Assembly (NCBI RefSeq): GCF_964213995.1
Contig: NC_135816.1
Span: 11,036,001-11,100,000, forward strand
Direction of reading: 5' to 3'
DNA: 64,000 nucleotides
Source: Mustelus asterias
Taxonomy: Eukaryota
Part shown: positions 46,532 through 59,700 of the stretch, in pieces
How the letters are laid out: each line of letters begins with the position of its first letter
Position numbering within the stretch: position 1 is the first letter of the stretch
Notes under the pieces: generated by a model
What the model saw: only the letters and a program-made list of their open reading frames with translations
Told to the model about the DNA's origin: nothing
The model's database searches: none
Position numbers and translations under genes: made by a program

Positions 46532-48551
46532 AATCAATGTCACAGAACATTCCTGGTTCCAGGGAGTGAGTGATCAGCTTAGATTGGGATGCAGCTGAAG
46601 CCTCAGGGAATGCGGAGAACAATCACTCGGAACATTCTCCTCAATTAGCCACGGTCCATTCTGTTCCAAGAGGGAGTGTAACTTGAAGATGGGATGTGTG
46701 CGTGTGAGCTCACACTGTCTACTGGACAGGCTGAGTTTGATGGTGCTGATAGTCTTTCTGTGTGTTTGTCTGTACAGACTGGAGAGTGAATGTGGGAGCC
46801 GCCTGCAATGTGACTCACAGAGTTCACTCAGTCAGTAGCTGAGCCTGTGGACAATATGTTAGCATCGTGTCAATGTGACTGGGTTAGTAATCCAGAGACT
46901 GGAATAATGCCAGACACACGAGTTAAACACACACTGCGCCGGAAGGAGAAATTAAACTCAATTAATGTAATTTAAACTGAAAAATCTAACGTCAGTAATG
47001 GTGACCATAAAACCGTAGATGATTGTTCTAAAAACATCTGGTTCACAATGTCCTTTAGGGAAGGAAATCTGCCGTCCTCACTTTGTTTGGTCTACAGCAC
47101 GTCAATCAGGCAAAGCCAAGTTGGTGAGTCACCACGATCTTCTGATGGTCAATTAGGAATGGACAATAAATACTGACCTTGCCCCTCACACCCACACCCC
47201 ATGATTGAATAAAAATACTCCCCAGTCTGTGTGTGAAAATGAAGGGAACTCTCTTCTTCCCATTTCTGTTTCTGTCGATGATCCGCGCAAAAATGAGAAA
47301 ACACACACAAAGTTTGTCCAATTTGAAGCCACATTTATTTCCAGATTTGAGGTTTTACTCATTGAAATAACGACATTTGAAAGATAATTGTTGGATGGAC
47401 AGCTCCCTCTCTGCTCCATCCACCTCTCCCTCACAACCGCAATGCCTTGTTCATCACAACATACTGACTCATCCCCACCCCCCCATCCAGACCATGTGAT
47501 CTCCAGGGAGAGGCGAAAACCCAGAGTGAAAACCCCAGGGCCAATATGGGGAATATAAATCTGGGAAATTCCTCTCCGACCCCCTGTGGCGATCGAAACG
47601 AGTCCAGGAGATCACACTGGCCCTGATCGGAAAATGCTTCCCAAGACAATTGATTTCCATTTCTGTTTTACGAACACCATCTGAACCCGCTGTCTCAGAG
47701 ACTGGTTCCCAACTATCCGCTGTCTCGCTCTGTACTGGCACCAACAAGACCAACATTCAATGATGGCTTGAAACTAGTTAACGAGCTCTTCCCATTTCTG
47801 TGTTATTCCAACTTGAACAAAAACTTTCCTCAATCCTTTCTCTGAATTGTTAAGTTGCTGAAATTCATTCCCCCAGTCAACACAACCCATATCTCAAAGC
47901 ATTCACTGAAGAGCCTTTGTAAAACCTCAAGCCTGAGCTCAAACTCCCAGTGAGGGGAATTCTGGAAGCCACAGTTTCAGACTCTGGCTCACCCTCATGT
48001 TAAACATGAAAAAGCTGAAATGCTGGAGGGCTGAGCTGGAGCGACCAGAGGCTGTGACGTGTGTCTTGATGAAGGATTCTTGTGAACCACCAGCAGTTGG
48101 GGTTTGAAAGCAGCCTGACACTGGCACCAGTCAACACAGACACCTCCGAGCCAGTTGGTGCCAGTGAGGATTCTTTATCATATCCTGGGACTCTCAGTAC
48201 AAGCTGATGCTGAGAGTCAGTGGTGTACAGTGGACTGCAAATGACCCCTCCCTGTGGGATTGAGTTCCAGATTGTCACAATTCTTTGTGTAAAAAAGTAT
48301 CTTCTGATTTCCCAGTTGGATTTCTGGGTGACTGTCTGAGATCGATGGCTTCTCTTTATCCTCTTCCCCATAAGAGAAAACATTCCCTCTGTATCCACTC
48401 CATCAAACCATTTAATCATTTTAACAACTTCTATTCAGTCACTCCTGCTTTATTGCAAGATAAAATAGACCCAGCTTGTCAATCCATTCCGGGTGTATAA
48501 ACACACACATTTCTGGTATCATTCTTGTGAATTTTCCCTGCAGCCTCCCAG

Positions 48552-49764
48552 TCATAGAGTGATTGAGGTTTACGGCATGGAAACAGGCCCTTTGGCCCAA
48601 CTTGTCCATGCCGCCCTTTTCTTTTAAAAAGCCTAAGCTCGTCCCAATTGCCCGCTTTTGGCCCATATCCCTCCCTTCCCATCTTATCCATATAACTGTC
48701 TAAACACTTTTTAAAAGACAAAATTGTACCCGCCTCTACTACTACCTCTGGCAGCTTGTTCCAGACACTCACCACCCTCTGTGTGAAAAAATTGCCTCTC
48801 TGGACCCTTTTGTCTCTCTTCCCTCTCACCTTAAACCTATGCCCTCTAGTTTTAGACTCCCCTACCTTCGGGAAAAGATATTGACTATCTAGCTGATCTA
48901 TGCCCCTCATTATTTTATAGACCTCTATAAGGTCACCCCTCAGCCTTCTACGCTCCAGAGAAAAAAGTCCCAGTCTATCCAGCATCTCCTTATAACTCAA
49001 ATTATCAAGTCCCGGTAACATCCTAGTAAATCTTTTCTGCACACTTTCTAGTTAAATAACATCCTTTCTATTAAAGGGTGACCAGAACTGTACGCAGTAT
49101 TCCAAGTGTGACCTTACCAATGTCTTGTTCAACTTCAACAAGACATCCCAACTCCTGTATTCAATGTTCTGACCATTGAAACCAAGCATGCCGAATGCCT
49201 TCTTCACCACTCTGTCCACCTGTGACTCCACTTTCAAGCAGCTATGAAGCTGTATCACGAGAACCTCTTTGTTCTATTACTCAACCCAACGCCCGACCAC
49301 TAACTGAGTAAGTCCTGCCTTGGTTCGATCGACCAAAATGCATCACCTCGCATTTATGTAATTTAAACACCCTCTGCCATTCATCGGCCCACTGGTCCAA
49401 TTGATCAAGATCCCGTTGCAATCTGAGATAACCTTCTTCACTGTCCACTATGCCACCGATCTTGGTGTCATCTACAAACTTACTGACAATGCGTACTAAA
49501 TACTCATCCAAATCATTAATATTAATGACAAATAACAGTGGACCAGCACTGATCCCTCAGGCACACCGCTGGTCACAGGTCTCCAGTTTGAAAAACAACC
49601 CTCCACAACCACCCTCACTGGCTTCTGTCATCAAGCCAATTTTGCATCCATTTAGCTACCTCACCCTGGATCCTGTGGGATATAAACTTATGCAAGAAAC
49701 GACCATGCGGCACCTTGTCAAAGGCCTTGCGAAAGCTCATGTAGACAACATCAACCGAACTGCC
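48552..49764 (-). mobile_element. CR1 LINE 3' part, interrupted by the Gypsy array
   Basis: Tail at 48552; RT C-terminal ORFs 48479-49042, 49052-49258 and 49281-49511. Confidence 0.92.
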
Positions 49765-50009
49765 TGTGGTGGACCTCAGTTGTACCTTTGTCCTATATGG
49801 ACCACCGTTGTGTGTGTTTGTCGTACCTGGACACACCCCCTTCCAGTTTGGTTCCTCCCCTCGGCACCTAGTATAAAGGTGGCTGTCTCCTCCCCCTTGT
49901 TCAGTCCAGGACGGTTATTTGTTGGGATCTGCTCCTGATTCTGTTGTTAATAAAAGCCTACACTTGTATTGGCACACCGGTAGTCTTTCGCCTTATTGAT
50001 AGCGCATCA
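49765..50009 (+). repeat. Gypsy LTR 1 (245 bp)
   Basis: tgtggtggac...gcgcatca; contains TATAAA, TCAGT initiator and AATAAA. Confidence 0.95.
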
Positions 50010-50034
50010 ATTTTATTCACAACAGTTGACCAGC

Positions 50035-53000
50035 ATGGAGCAGTTTCTAAAACCCGACAAGTTAGCATTAGACCCTCAAGAGGTTGGAGCCTCTGATAAA
50101 TCCGATCATTGGCTGGACTGCTTCGAAGCATTCGTCGACACCGCTACTGCCATCGACACCGAAGACGCTAAACTCCACGTGCTCCGCGCCCGGGTAAATG
50201 AAGCCGTCTATGGAATCTTCCGGCACGCTGCTACATACGCAGACGCTATCGAACTCCTAAAACGGCAGTTCCGAAAGAGCCCTAACGTGGTTTACGCCAG
50301 TCATCTCCTAACTACCCGCAAGCAGCAGCCAGGAGAATCGGGCGCCCAATTTCTGCGCGCCCTGCGGATCCTAGCTCGAGCTTGTGACTGTAAGGCTGTT
50401 ACAGCAGCTCAGAACACGGAGGACCTGATCCACGACGCCTACGTTGCGGGCATTGAGTCTACATACATCCGGCAGCGCCTGCTGGAACAAGATGACCTAG
50501 ATCTCCGAAGAACAGCCACGATGGCTTAAACATTAGAAGCGGCCTTTCACAATCTCGGGTCTTACCCTGCATCCCGTTCTATCGACGGCTCCACCGCGAC
50601 GGCTGTTCCGGCGGGGCCCAAATGTTACTTTTGCGGCCTACCCAAGCACCGTCGGCGTCGCTGCCCGGCGAAGGACGCGATTTGCTCCGGATGCGGTAAG
50701 CTAGGCCACTTCGTTAAAGTCTGCCGGGCAAAGCCGCTTCCGAAGCCTCGTGGCGCGAGTTCGCGAGAACGTGTGTTCCGCGGGCGCAGCCATCTTTAAT
50801 GCAGGCGGCGGCTGCGCGCGAATCGCCATCTTTAATGCGGTCACCGGAAGCGCGGGAATCGCCATCTTTGATGCGGTCACCGGAAGCGCGGGAATCGCCA
50901 TCTTTGAGACTGGCATCAAGACGTGCTGAGCAGGAAGCTTTATCCGTGACGTCATCAGACGGCGACGAAGATGGATTCTTCTTGGATTCGACGGTGGCAT
51001 CGATTTGCCTGGACCAGTCGCAGCCTCATCAACTCTCCAAGTCAATAATGAAGATCAAGGTAAATGGTCATGCAGAAAACTGCCTGTTCGACTGTGGGAG
51101 CACAGAAAGTTTTATACACCCTCGCACAGTGCGTCAATATGCTCTTCCCGTGCAACCCTGGGGCCAGACCATCTCCATGGCCTCGAATTTCCACTCGGTG
51201 GAGGTCCTCGGGTGCTGTTTGGTGACGCTGACGGTACAGGGCACAGTCTACGAGCGTTTTCGGCTCCTCGTGCTGCCGCGACTCTGCGCAGCTATACTGC
51301 TGGGGTTAGATTTCCTCAGCCATCATAGGAGCGTCACCCTGCAGTATGATGGCCCTTATCCTCTGCTCTCCGTCTGCAAGGTGCCGTCACGGCAGTGCCC
51401 CTCGCGCACCGCCTGCAGTCTCTCGACCCTCAAGATCACCCCCCCCCCCCTTATTTGATAAACTCACCCCGGATAGTAGGCCTATAGCCACCAACAGTAG
51501 GCGCTATAGTGCGGATGACCGGGCCTTCATTCGGTCAGAGGTACAACGGTTGCTCCAGGAAGGGATTATCCAGGCCAGCACCAGCCCCTGGAGGGCGCAA
51601 GTGGTCGTAGTTAAATCGGGGGAGAAACACCGCATGGTAATTGACTACAGCCAGACCATAAACAGGTATACCCAACTAGATGCGTATCCTCTTCCCCGTA
51701 TCGCGGACATAGTCAACCGCATCGCGCACTGTAGGGTTTTCTCGACGGTCGATTTGAAATCGGCTTACCACCAGCTCCCTATCCGCTCGGAGGATCGCCC
51801 ATATCATGTGCCAGCGCCCAACTAGACCAGCTACAGTCCCTCCATAACAACCTCTGTCATCTGGGTGTCACCAGATTTTTCCACTTTGTCAAGTCCCGTA
51901 ACCTGCCCTACTCCCTCGAGGAAGTTCGGACGATTACCAGGCAATCCAGGGTCTGCGCTGACTGCAAACCGCAGTTCTACCGGCCAGGTAGGGCGCACCT
52001 TGTAAGGGCCACTCGCGCGTTTGAGCGCCTTAGCATTGATTCTAAAGGCCCCCTCCCTTCCTCTAACCACAATGTTTATTTCCTGAATATCATTGATGAA
52101 TACTCACGTTTCCCTTTTGCCTTCCCCTGCTCGGACATGACCACGGCTACAGTGATTCGGACCCTGACCACGCTCTTCACCCTGTTCGGCTTCCTAGCCT
52201 ATGTCCATAGCGATCGTGGGTCCTCTTTCATGAGTGACGTGCTGAGGCAGTACCTACTCGCCAAAGGCGTTGCTTCCAGCCGCACCACTTGCTATAACCC
52301 CAGGGGAAATGGTCAAGTAGAGCGGGAGAACGCAACCGTCTGGAAGGCCGTTCTATTAGCACTACGGCCTAGGGGTCTTCCAGTCAGCCGTTGACAAGAT
52401 GTCCTTCCGGACGCATTACATTCCATGAGGTCACTCTTGTGCACGGCGACCAATACGACCCCTCACGAGCGGATGTTTTCGTTTCTCAGCAAGTCCTCCT
52501 CGGGTACTTCACTCCCGGATTGGCTGATGTCCCCGGGGCCCGTCCTGCTTCGGAAGCATGTCCGGACCCATAAGGCAGATCCCTTGGTCGAGGAGGTCCA
52601 ATTGCTCCACGCAAATCCTCAATACGCTTATGTAGCTTACCCTGATGTGCGGGAGGAGACGGTTTCTGTCCGTGACTTGGCACCCGCGGGTGCCCCTGAG
52701 GTCACCACGTCCTTCCGCCCCATGGTCCCTGGTGTTGTCCACTCGGAGACTGCTACGCCTCTTCCTCCCTCAGTCCCTGTCCCCAATGTAGTGTGCCCAG
52801 AGCCTGTTGCGGCCCCCCACCCCCCAGCTCCGGTTCCCACTGTTCCCCATACGCCACCAGGGCCACTGCTCACTCCTCTCGCCCCTGTGTACAGCTCGCT
52901 TGAGTTGCCGGAGCCGTCGCCACGCAGTACCCGACGACTGGACGGGACGACGGATCGGTCCACTTCACACCACTTGGCGCCTTCTCTCGACGCTCACTGT

Positions 53001-53102
53001 ACGGAGCCTGGGCCGACATCGCTCCCTGCTCGGACGACTCTGCGACCTGCACTACGACGATCGCGACGGCGGATCAAGCCACCGGTTCGCCTGGACTTGT
53101 AA
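50035..53102 (+). pseudogene. Gypsy unit 1 gag-pol, disrupted, with about 0.9-kb RT/RNase H deletion
   Basis: Stop at 50527-50529, frameshifts, deletion junction cccatatcatgtgcc near 51800, stop in integrase. Confidence 0.9.
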
Positions 53103-53150
53103 TATTGTTACCGCTTCACCCCCATGTTGTTTTTTAAAGGAAGGGGTGAA

Positions 53151-53395
53151 TGTGGTGGACCTCAGTTGTGCCTTTGTCCTATATGGACCACCGTTGTGTG
53201 TGTTTGTCATACCTGGACACACCCCCTTCCAGTTTGGTTCCTCCCCTCGGCACCTAGTATAAAGGAGGCTGTCTCCTCCCCCTTGTTCAGTCCAGGTCGG
53301 TTATTTGTTGGGATCTGCTCCTGATTCTGTTGTGAATAAAAGCCTACACTTGTATTGGCACACCGGTAGTCTTTCGCCTTATTGATAGCGCATCA
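53151..53395 (+). repeat. Gypsy LTR 2 (245 bp, shared)
   Basis: TATAAA 53258, TCAGT 53287-53291, AATAAA 53335-53340. Confidence 0.95.
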
Positions 53396-53420
53396 ATTTT
53401 ATTCACAACAGTTGACCAGC

Positions 53421-56400
53421 ATGGAGCAGTTTCTAAAACCCGACAAGTTAGCATTAGACCCTCAAGAGGTTGGAGCCTCTGATAAATTCGATCATTGGCC
53501 GGACTGCTTCGAAGCATTCGTCGACACCGCTACGGCCATCGACACCGAAGACGCTAAACTCCACGTGCTCCACGACCGGGTAAACGAAGCCGTCTATGGA
53601 ATCTTCCGGCACGCTGCTACATACGCGGACGCCATCGAACTCCTAAAAGGGCAGTTCCGAAAGAGCCCTAACGTGGTTTACGCCAGACATCTCCTAACTA
53701 CCCGCAAGCAGCAGCCAGGAGAATTGTGCGCCCAATTTCTGCGCGCCCTGCGGGTCCAAGCTCGAGCTTGTGACTGTAAGGCTGTTACAGCAGCTCAGAA
53801 TACGGAGGACCTGATCCGCGACGCCTACGTTGCGGGCATTGAGTCTACATACATCCGGCAGCGCCTGCTGGAACAAGATGACCTAGATCTCCGAAGAACA
53901 GCCACGATGGCTGAAATTTTAGAAGCGGCCTCCCACAATCTCAGGTCTTACCTTCCATCCCGTTCCACCGACGGCTCCACCGCGACGGCTGTTCCGGCGG
54001 GGCCCAAATGTTACTTTTGCGGCTTACCCAAGCACCCTCGGCGTCGCTGCCCGGCGAAGGACGCGATTTGCTCCGGATGCGGTAAGCTAGGCCACTTGGC
54101 TAAAGTCTGCCGGGCAAAGCCGCTTCCGAAGCCTCGTGGCGCCACGTGTGTTCCGCGGGCGCAGCCATCTTTAATGCAGGCGGCGGCTGCGCGCGAATCG
54201 CCATCTTTAATGCGGTCACCGGAAGCGCGGGAATCGCCATCTTTGATGCGGTCACCGGAAGCACGGGGATCGCCATCTTTGAGACTGGCATCAAGACGCG
54301 CTGAGCAGGAAGCTTTATCCGTGAAGTCATCAGACGGCGACGAAGACGGATTCTTCTTGGATTCGACGGTGGCATCGATTTGCCTGGACCAGTCGCAGCC
54401 TCATCAACTCTCCAAGTCAATAATGAAGATCAAGGTAAATGGTCATGCAGAAAACTGCCTGTTCGACTGTGGGAGCACGGAAAGTTTTATACACCCTCGC
54501 ACAGTGCGTCAATATGCCCTTCCCGTGCGACCCTGGAGCCAGACCATCTCCATGGCCTCGAATTTCCACTCGGTGGAGGTCCTCGGGTGCTGTTTGGTGA
54601 CGCTGACGGTACAGGGCACAGTCTACGAGCGTATTCGGCTCCTCGTGCTGCCGCGACTCTGCGCAGCTGTACTGCTGGGGTTAGTTTTCCTCAGCCATCA
54701 TAGGAGCGTCACCCTGCAGTATGATGTCCCTTATCCACCGCTCTCCGTCTGCAAGGCGCCGTCACTGCAGCGCCCCTCGCGCACCGCCTGCAGTCTCTCG
54801 ACCCTCAAGATCACCCCCCCCCCCCCTTATTTGATAACCTCACCTCCGATTGTAGGCCTATAGCCACCAAGAGTAGGCGCTATAGTGCGGATGACCGGGC
54901 CTTCATTCAGTCAGAGGTACAACGGTTGCTCCAGGAAGGGATTATCCAGGCCAGCACCAGCAAGTGGTCGTAGTTAAATCGGGGGAGAAACACCGCATGG
55001 TGATTGACTACAGCCAGACCATAAACAGGTATACCCAACTAGATGCGTATCCTCTTCCCCGTACCGCGGACATAGTCAACCGCATCGCGCACTATAGGGT
55101 TTTCTCGACGATCGATTTGAAATCGGCTTACCACCAGCTCCCTATCCGCTCGGAGGATCGGCCATATCATGTGCCAGCGCCCAACTAGACCAGCTACAGT
55201 CCCTCCATAACAACCTCTGTCATCCGGGTGTCACCAGATTTTTCCACTTTGTCAAGTCCCATAACCTGCCCTACTCCCTCGAGGAAGTTCGGACGATTAC
55301 CAGGCAATGCAGGGTCTGCGCTGAGTGCAAACCGCAGTTCTACCGGCCAGGGAGGGCACACCTTGTAAAGGCCACTCGCGCGTTTGAGCGCCTTAGCATT
55401 GATTTTAAAGGCCCCCTCCCCTCCTCTAACCACAATGTTTATTTCCTGAATATCATTGATGAATACTCACGTTTCCCTTTTGCCTTCCCCTGCTCGGACA
55501 TGACCACGGCTACAGTGATTCGGACCCTGACCTCGCTCTTCACCCTGTTCGGCTTCCCAGCCTATGTCCATAGCGATCGTGGGTCCTCTTTCATGAGTGA
55601 CGAGCTGAGGAAGTACCCACTCGCCAAAGGCGTTGCCTCCAGCCGCACCACTTGCTATAATCCCAGGGGAAATGGTCAAGTAGAGCGGGAGAACGCAACA
55701 GTCTGGAAGGCCGTTCTATTAGCGTTACAGTCTAGGGGTCTTCCAGTCAGCCGTTGACAAGATGTCCTTCCGGACGCATTACATTCCAATAGGTCACTCT
55801 TGTGCACAGCGACCAATACGACCCCTCACGAGCGGATGTTTTCGTTTCTCAGCAAGTCCTCCTCGGGTACTTCACTCCCGGATTGGCTGATGTCCCCGGG
55901 GCCCGTCCTGCTTCGGAAGCATGTCCGGACCCATAAGGCAGATCCCTTGGTCGAGGAGGTCCAATTGCTCCACGCAAATCCTCAATACGCTTATGTAGCG
56001 TACTCTGATGTGCGGGAGGAGACGGTTTCTGTCCGTGACTTGGCACCCGCGGGTGCCCCTGAGGTCACCATGTCTTTCCGCCCCACGGTCCCTGGTGTTG
56101 TCCACTCGGAGATTGCTGCGCCTCTTCCTCCCTCAGTCCCTGTCCCCAATGTAGTGCGCCCAGAGCCTGTTGCAGCCCCCCACCCCCCAGCTCCGGTTCC
56201 CACTGTTCCCCATACGCCACCAGGGCCACTGCTCACTCCTTTCGCCCCTGTGTACAGCTCGCTTGAGTTGCCGGAGCCATCGCCACGCAGTACCCGACGA
56301 CTGGACGGGACGACGGATCGGTCCACTTCACACCACTTGGCGCCTTCTCTCGACGCTCACTGTACGGAGCCTGGGCCGACATCGCTCCCTGCTCGGACGA

Positions 56401-56465
56401 CTCTGCGACCTGCACTACGACGATCGCGACGGCGGATCAAGCCACCGGTTCGTCTGGACTTGTGA
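53421..56465 (+). pseudogene. Gypsy unit 2 gag-pol; gag-protease open, same RT/RNase H deletion as unit 1
   Basis: Open from MEQFLKP through the protease; same deletion junction near 55165 and same integrase stop as unit 1. Confidence 0.9.
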
Positions 56466-56515
56466 TATTGTTTCCGCTTCACCCCCGTGTTCTTTTTTTA
56501 AAAGGAAGGGGTGAA

Positions 56516-56760
56516 TGTGGTGGACCTCAGTTGTGCCTTTGTCCTATATGGACCACCGTTGTGTGTGCTTGTCATACCTGGACACACCCCCTTCCAGTTT
56601 GGTTCCTCCCCTCGGCACCTAGTATAAAGGTGGCTGTCACCTCCCCCTTGTTCAGTCCAGGGCGGTTATTTGTTGGGATCTGCTCCTGATTCTGTTGTGA
56701 ATAAAAGCCTACACTTGTATTTGCACACCGGTAGTCTTTCGCCTTATTGATAGCACATCA
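56516..56760 (+). repeat. Gypsy LTR 3 (245 bp, shared)
   Basis: tgtggtggac...gcacatca. Confidence 0.95.
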
Positions 56761-56785
56761 ATTTTATTCACAACTGTTGACCAGC

Positions 56786-59700
56786 ATGGAGCAGTTTCTA
56801 AAACCCGACAAGTTAGCATTAGACCCTCAAGAGGTTGGAGCCTCTGATAAATTCGATCATTGGCCGGACTGCTTCGAAGCATTCGTCGACACCGCTACGG
56901 CCATCGACACCGACGACGCTAAACTCCACGTGCTCTGCGCCCGGGTAAACGAAGCCGTCTATGGAATCTTCCGGGATGCTGCTACATTCGCGGACGCCAT
57001 CGAACTCCTAAAAGGGCAGTTCCGAAAGAGCCCTAACGTGGTTTACGCCAGACATCTCCTAACTAGCCGCAAGCAGCAGCCAGGAGAATCGTGCGCCCAA
57101 TTTCTGCACGCCCTGCGGGTCCTAGCTCGAGCTTGTGACTGTAAGGCTGTTACAGCAGCTCAGAACACGGAGGAACTGATCCGCGACGCCTACGTTGCGG
57201 GCATTGAGTCTACATACATCCGGCAGCGCCTGCTGGAACAAGATGACCTAGATCTCCGAAGAACAGCCACGATGGCTGAAACGTTAGAAGCGCCCTCTCA
57301 CAATCTCGGGTCTTACCTTGCATCCCGTTCCACCGACGGCTCCACCGTGACGGCTGTTCCGGCGGGGCCCAAATGTTACTTTTGCGGCCTACCCAAGCAC
57401 CCTCGGCATCGCTGCCCGGCGAAGGACGTGATTTGCTCCGGATGCGGTAAGCTCGGCCACTTGGCTAAAGTCTGCCGGGCAAAACCGCTTCCAAAGCCTC
57501 GTGGCGCCACGTGTGTTCCGCGGGTGCAGCCATCATTAATGCAGGCGGCGGCTGCGCACGAATCGCCATCTTTAATGTGGTCACCGGAAGCGCAGGAATT
57601 GCCATCTTTGATGCGGTCACCGGAAGCACGGGGATCGCCATCTTTGAGACTGGCATCAAGACGCGCTGAGCAGGAAGCTTTATCCGTGACGTCATCAGAC
57701 GGCGACGAAGACGGATTCTTCTTTGATTCGACCTTGGCATCGATTTGCCTGGACCAGTCGCAGCCTCATCAACTCTCCAAGTCAATAATGAAGATCAAGG
57801 TAAATGGTCATGCAGAAAACAGCCTGTTCGTCTGTGGGAGCACGGAAAGTTTTATACACCCTCGCACAGTGCGTCAATATGCTCTTTCCCGTGTGACCCC
57901 GGAGCCAGACCATCTCCATGGCCTCGAATTCCCACTCAGTGGAGGTCCTCGGGTGCTGCTTGGTGACGCTGACGGTACAGGGCACAGTCTACGAGCGTTT
58001 TCGGCTCCTCGTGCTGCCGCGACTCTGCGCAGCTGTACTGCTGGGGTTAGATTTCCTCAGCCATCATAGAAGCGTCACCCTGCAGTATGATGGCCCTTAT
58101 CCCCCGCTCTCCGTCTGCAAGGCGCCGTCACGGCAGCGCCCCTCGCGCACCACCTGCAATCTCTCGACCCTCAAGATCACCCCCCCCCCACCCCCCCCCC
58201 CTTATTTGATAACCTCACCCCGGATTGTAGACCTATAGACGCCAGGAGTAGGCGCTATAGTGCGGATGACCGGGCCTTCATTCGGTCCGAGGTACAACGG
58301 TTGCTCCAGGAAGGGATTATCCAGGCCAGCACCAGCCCCTGGAGGGCGCAAGTGGTCGTAGTTCAATCGGGGGAGAAACACCGCATGGTGATTGACTACA
58401 GCCAGACCATAAACAGGTATACCCAACTGGATGCGTATCCTCTTCCCCGTACCGCGGACATAGTCAACCGCATCGCGCACTATAGAGTTTTCTCGACGAT
58501 CGATTTGAAATCGGCTTACCACCAGCTCCCTATCCGCTCGGAGGATCGCCCATATACTGCCTTTGAGGCGGATGGCCGCCTCTACCAGTTCCTCCGAGTC
58601 CCCTTTGGTGTCACCAATGGGGTCTCAGTCTTCCAGCGGGCCATGGATCAAATGGTAGACCAGCACGGGCTACGGGCCACTTTCCCGTATCTGGATAACG
58701 TCACCATCTGCGGCCATGACCTGCAGGATCATGATGCCAACCTACAAAAATTCCTTCGTACGGCCACTCTCCTGAACCTCACATATAATGAGACGAAGTG
58801 TGTTTTCCGGGCACGCCGCCTCGCCATCCTTGGGTACGTGATAGAAAATGGTGTCCTTGGCCCCGACCCAGCCCGTATGCGTCCCCTTATGCAGCTTCCC
58901 CTTCCTACTACCCTCAAAGCACTGAAGAGATGCCTGGGCTTCTTCTCCTACTATGCCCAGTGGGTTCCCCGTGATGCAGATAAAGCCCGTCCACTCCTAA
59001 AATCGACCTCTTTTCCCCTGGCGGAGGAGGCCCGTCAGGCCTTCGACGACATCAAAGCGGACATCGCGAAGGCCGCGATGCATCTGTGGACGAATCCATC
59101 CCATTCCAACTGGAAAGTGATGCGTCTGAATTGGCCCTAGCCGCCACCCTTAACCAGAGGGGCCGTCCAGTGGCCTTCTTTTCCCGGACCTTACAAGGCC
59201 CTGAGATTCGACACTCCTCGGTCGAGAAGGAGGCCCAGGCCATCGTGGAAGCCGTCCGGCACTGGCGCCATTATCTTGCGGGCCAACAATTCACCTTAAT
59301 TACCGACCAGCGGTCAGTTGCCTTCCTGTTTAACACCAGGCAAAAGGGTAAGATTAAGAATGACAAGATCTTGCGGTGGAGGATTCAGCTCTCCACCTAC
59401 AGATATGACATCATGTACCGGCCCGGGAAGCTCAATGAGTCCCCAGATGACCTGTCCAGTGGATCATGTGCCAGCGCCCAACTAGACCAGCTACAGTCCC
59501 TCCATAACGACCTCTGTCACCCGGGTGTCACCAGATTTTTCCATTTTGTCAAGTCCCGTAACCTGCCCTTCTCCCTCGAGGAAGTCCGGACGATTACCAG
59601 GCAATGCAGGGTCTGCGCTGAGTGCAAACCGCAGTTCTACCGGCCAGGTAGGGCGCACCTTGTAAAGGCCACTCGCGCTTTTGAGCGCCTTTGCATTGAT

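Noticed and set aside
21200-48500. Exons of a neighbouring gene such as TCOF1, which is convergent with CD74 in human
   Set aside because: No Lys-rich or otherwise recognisable exon found on either strand; small exons could have been missed by eye.
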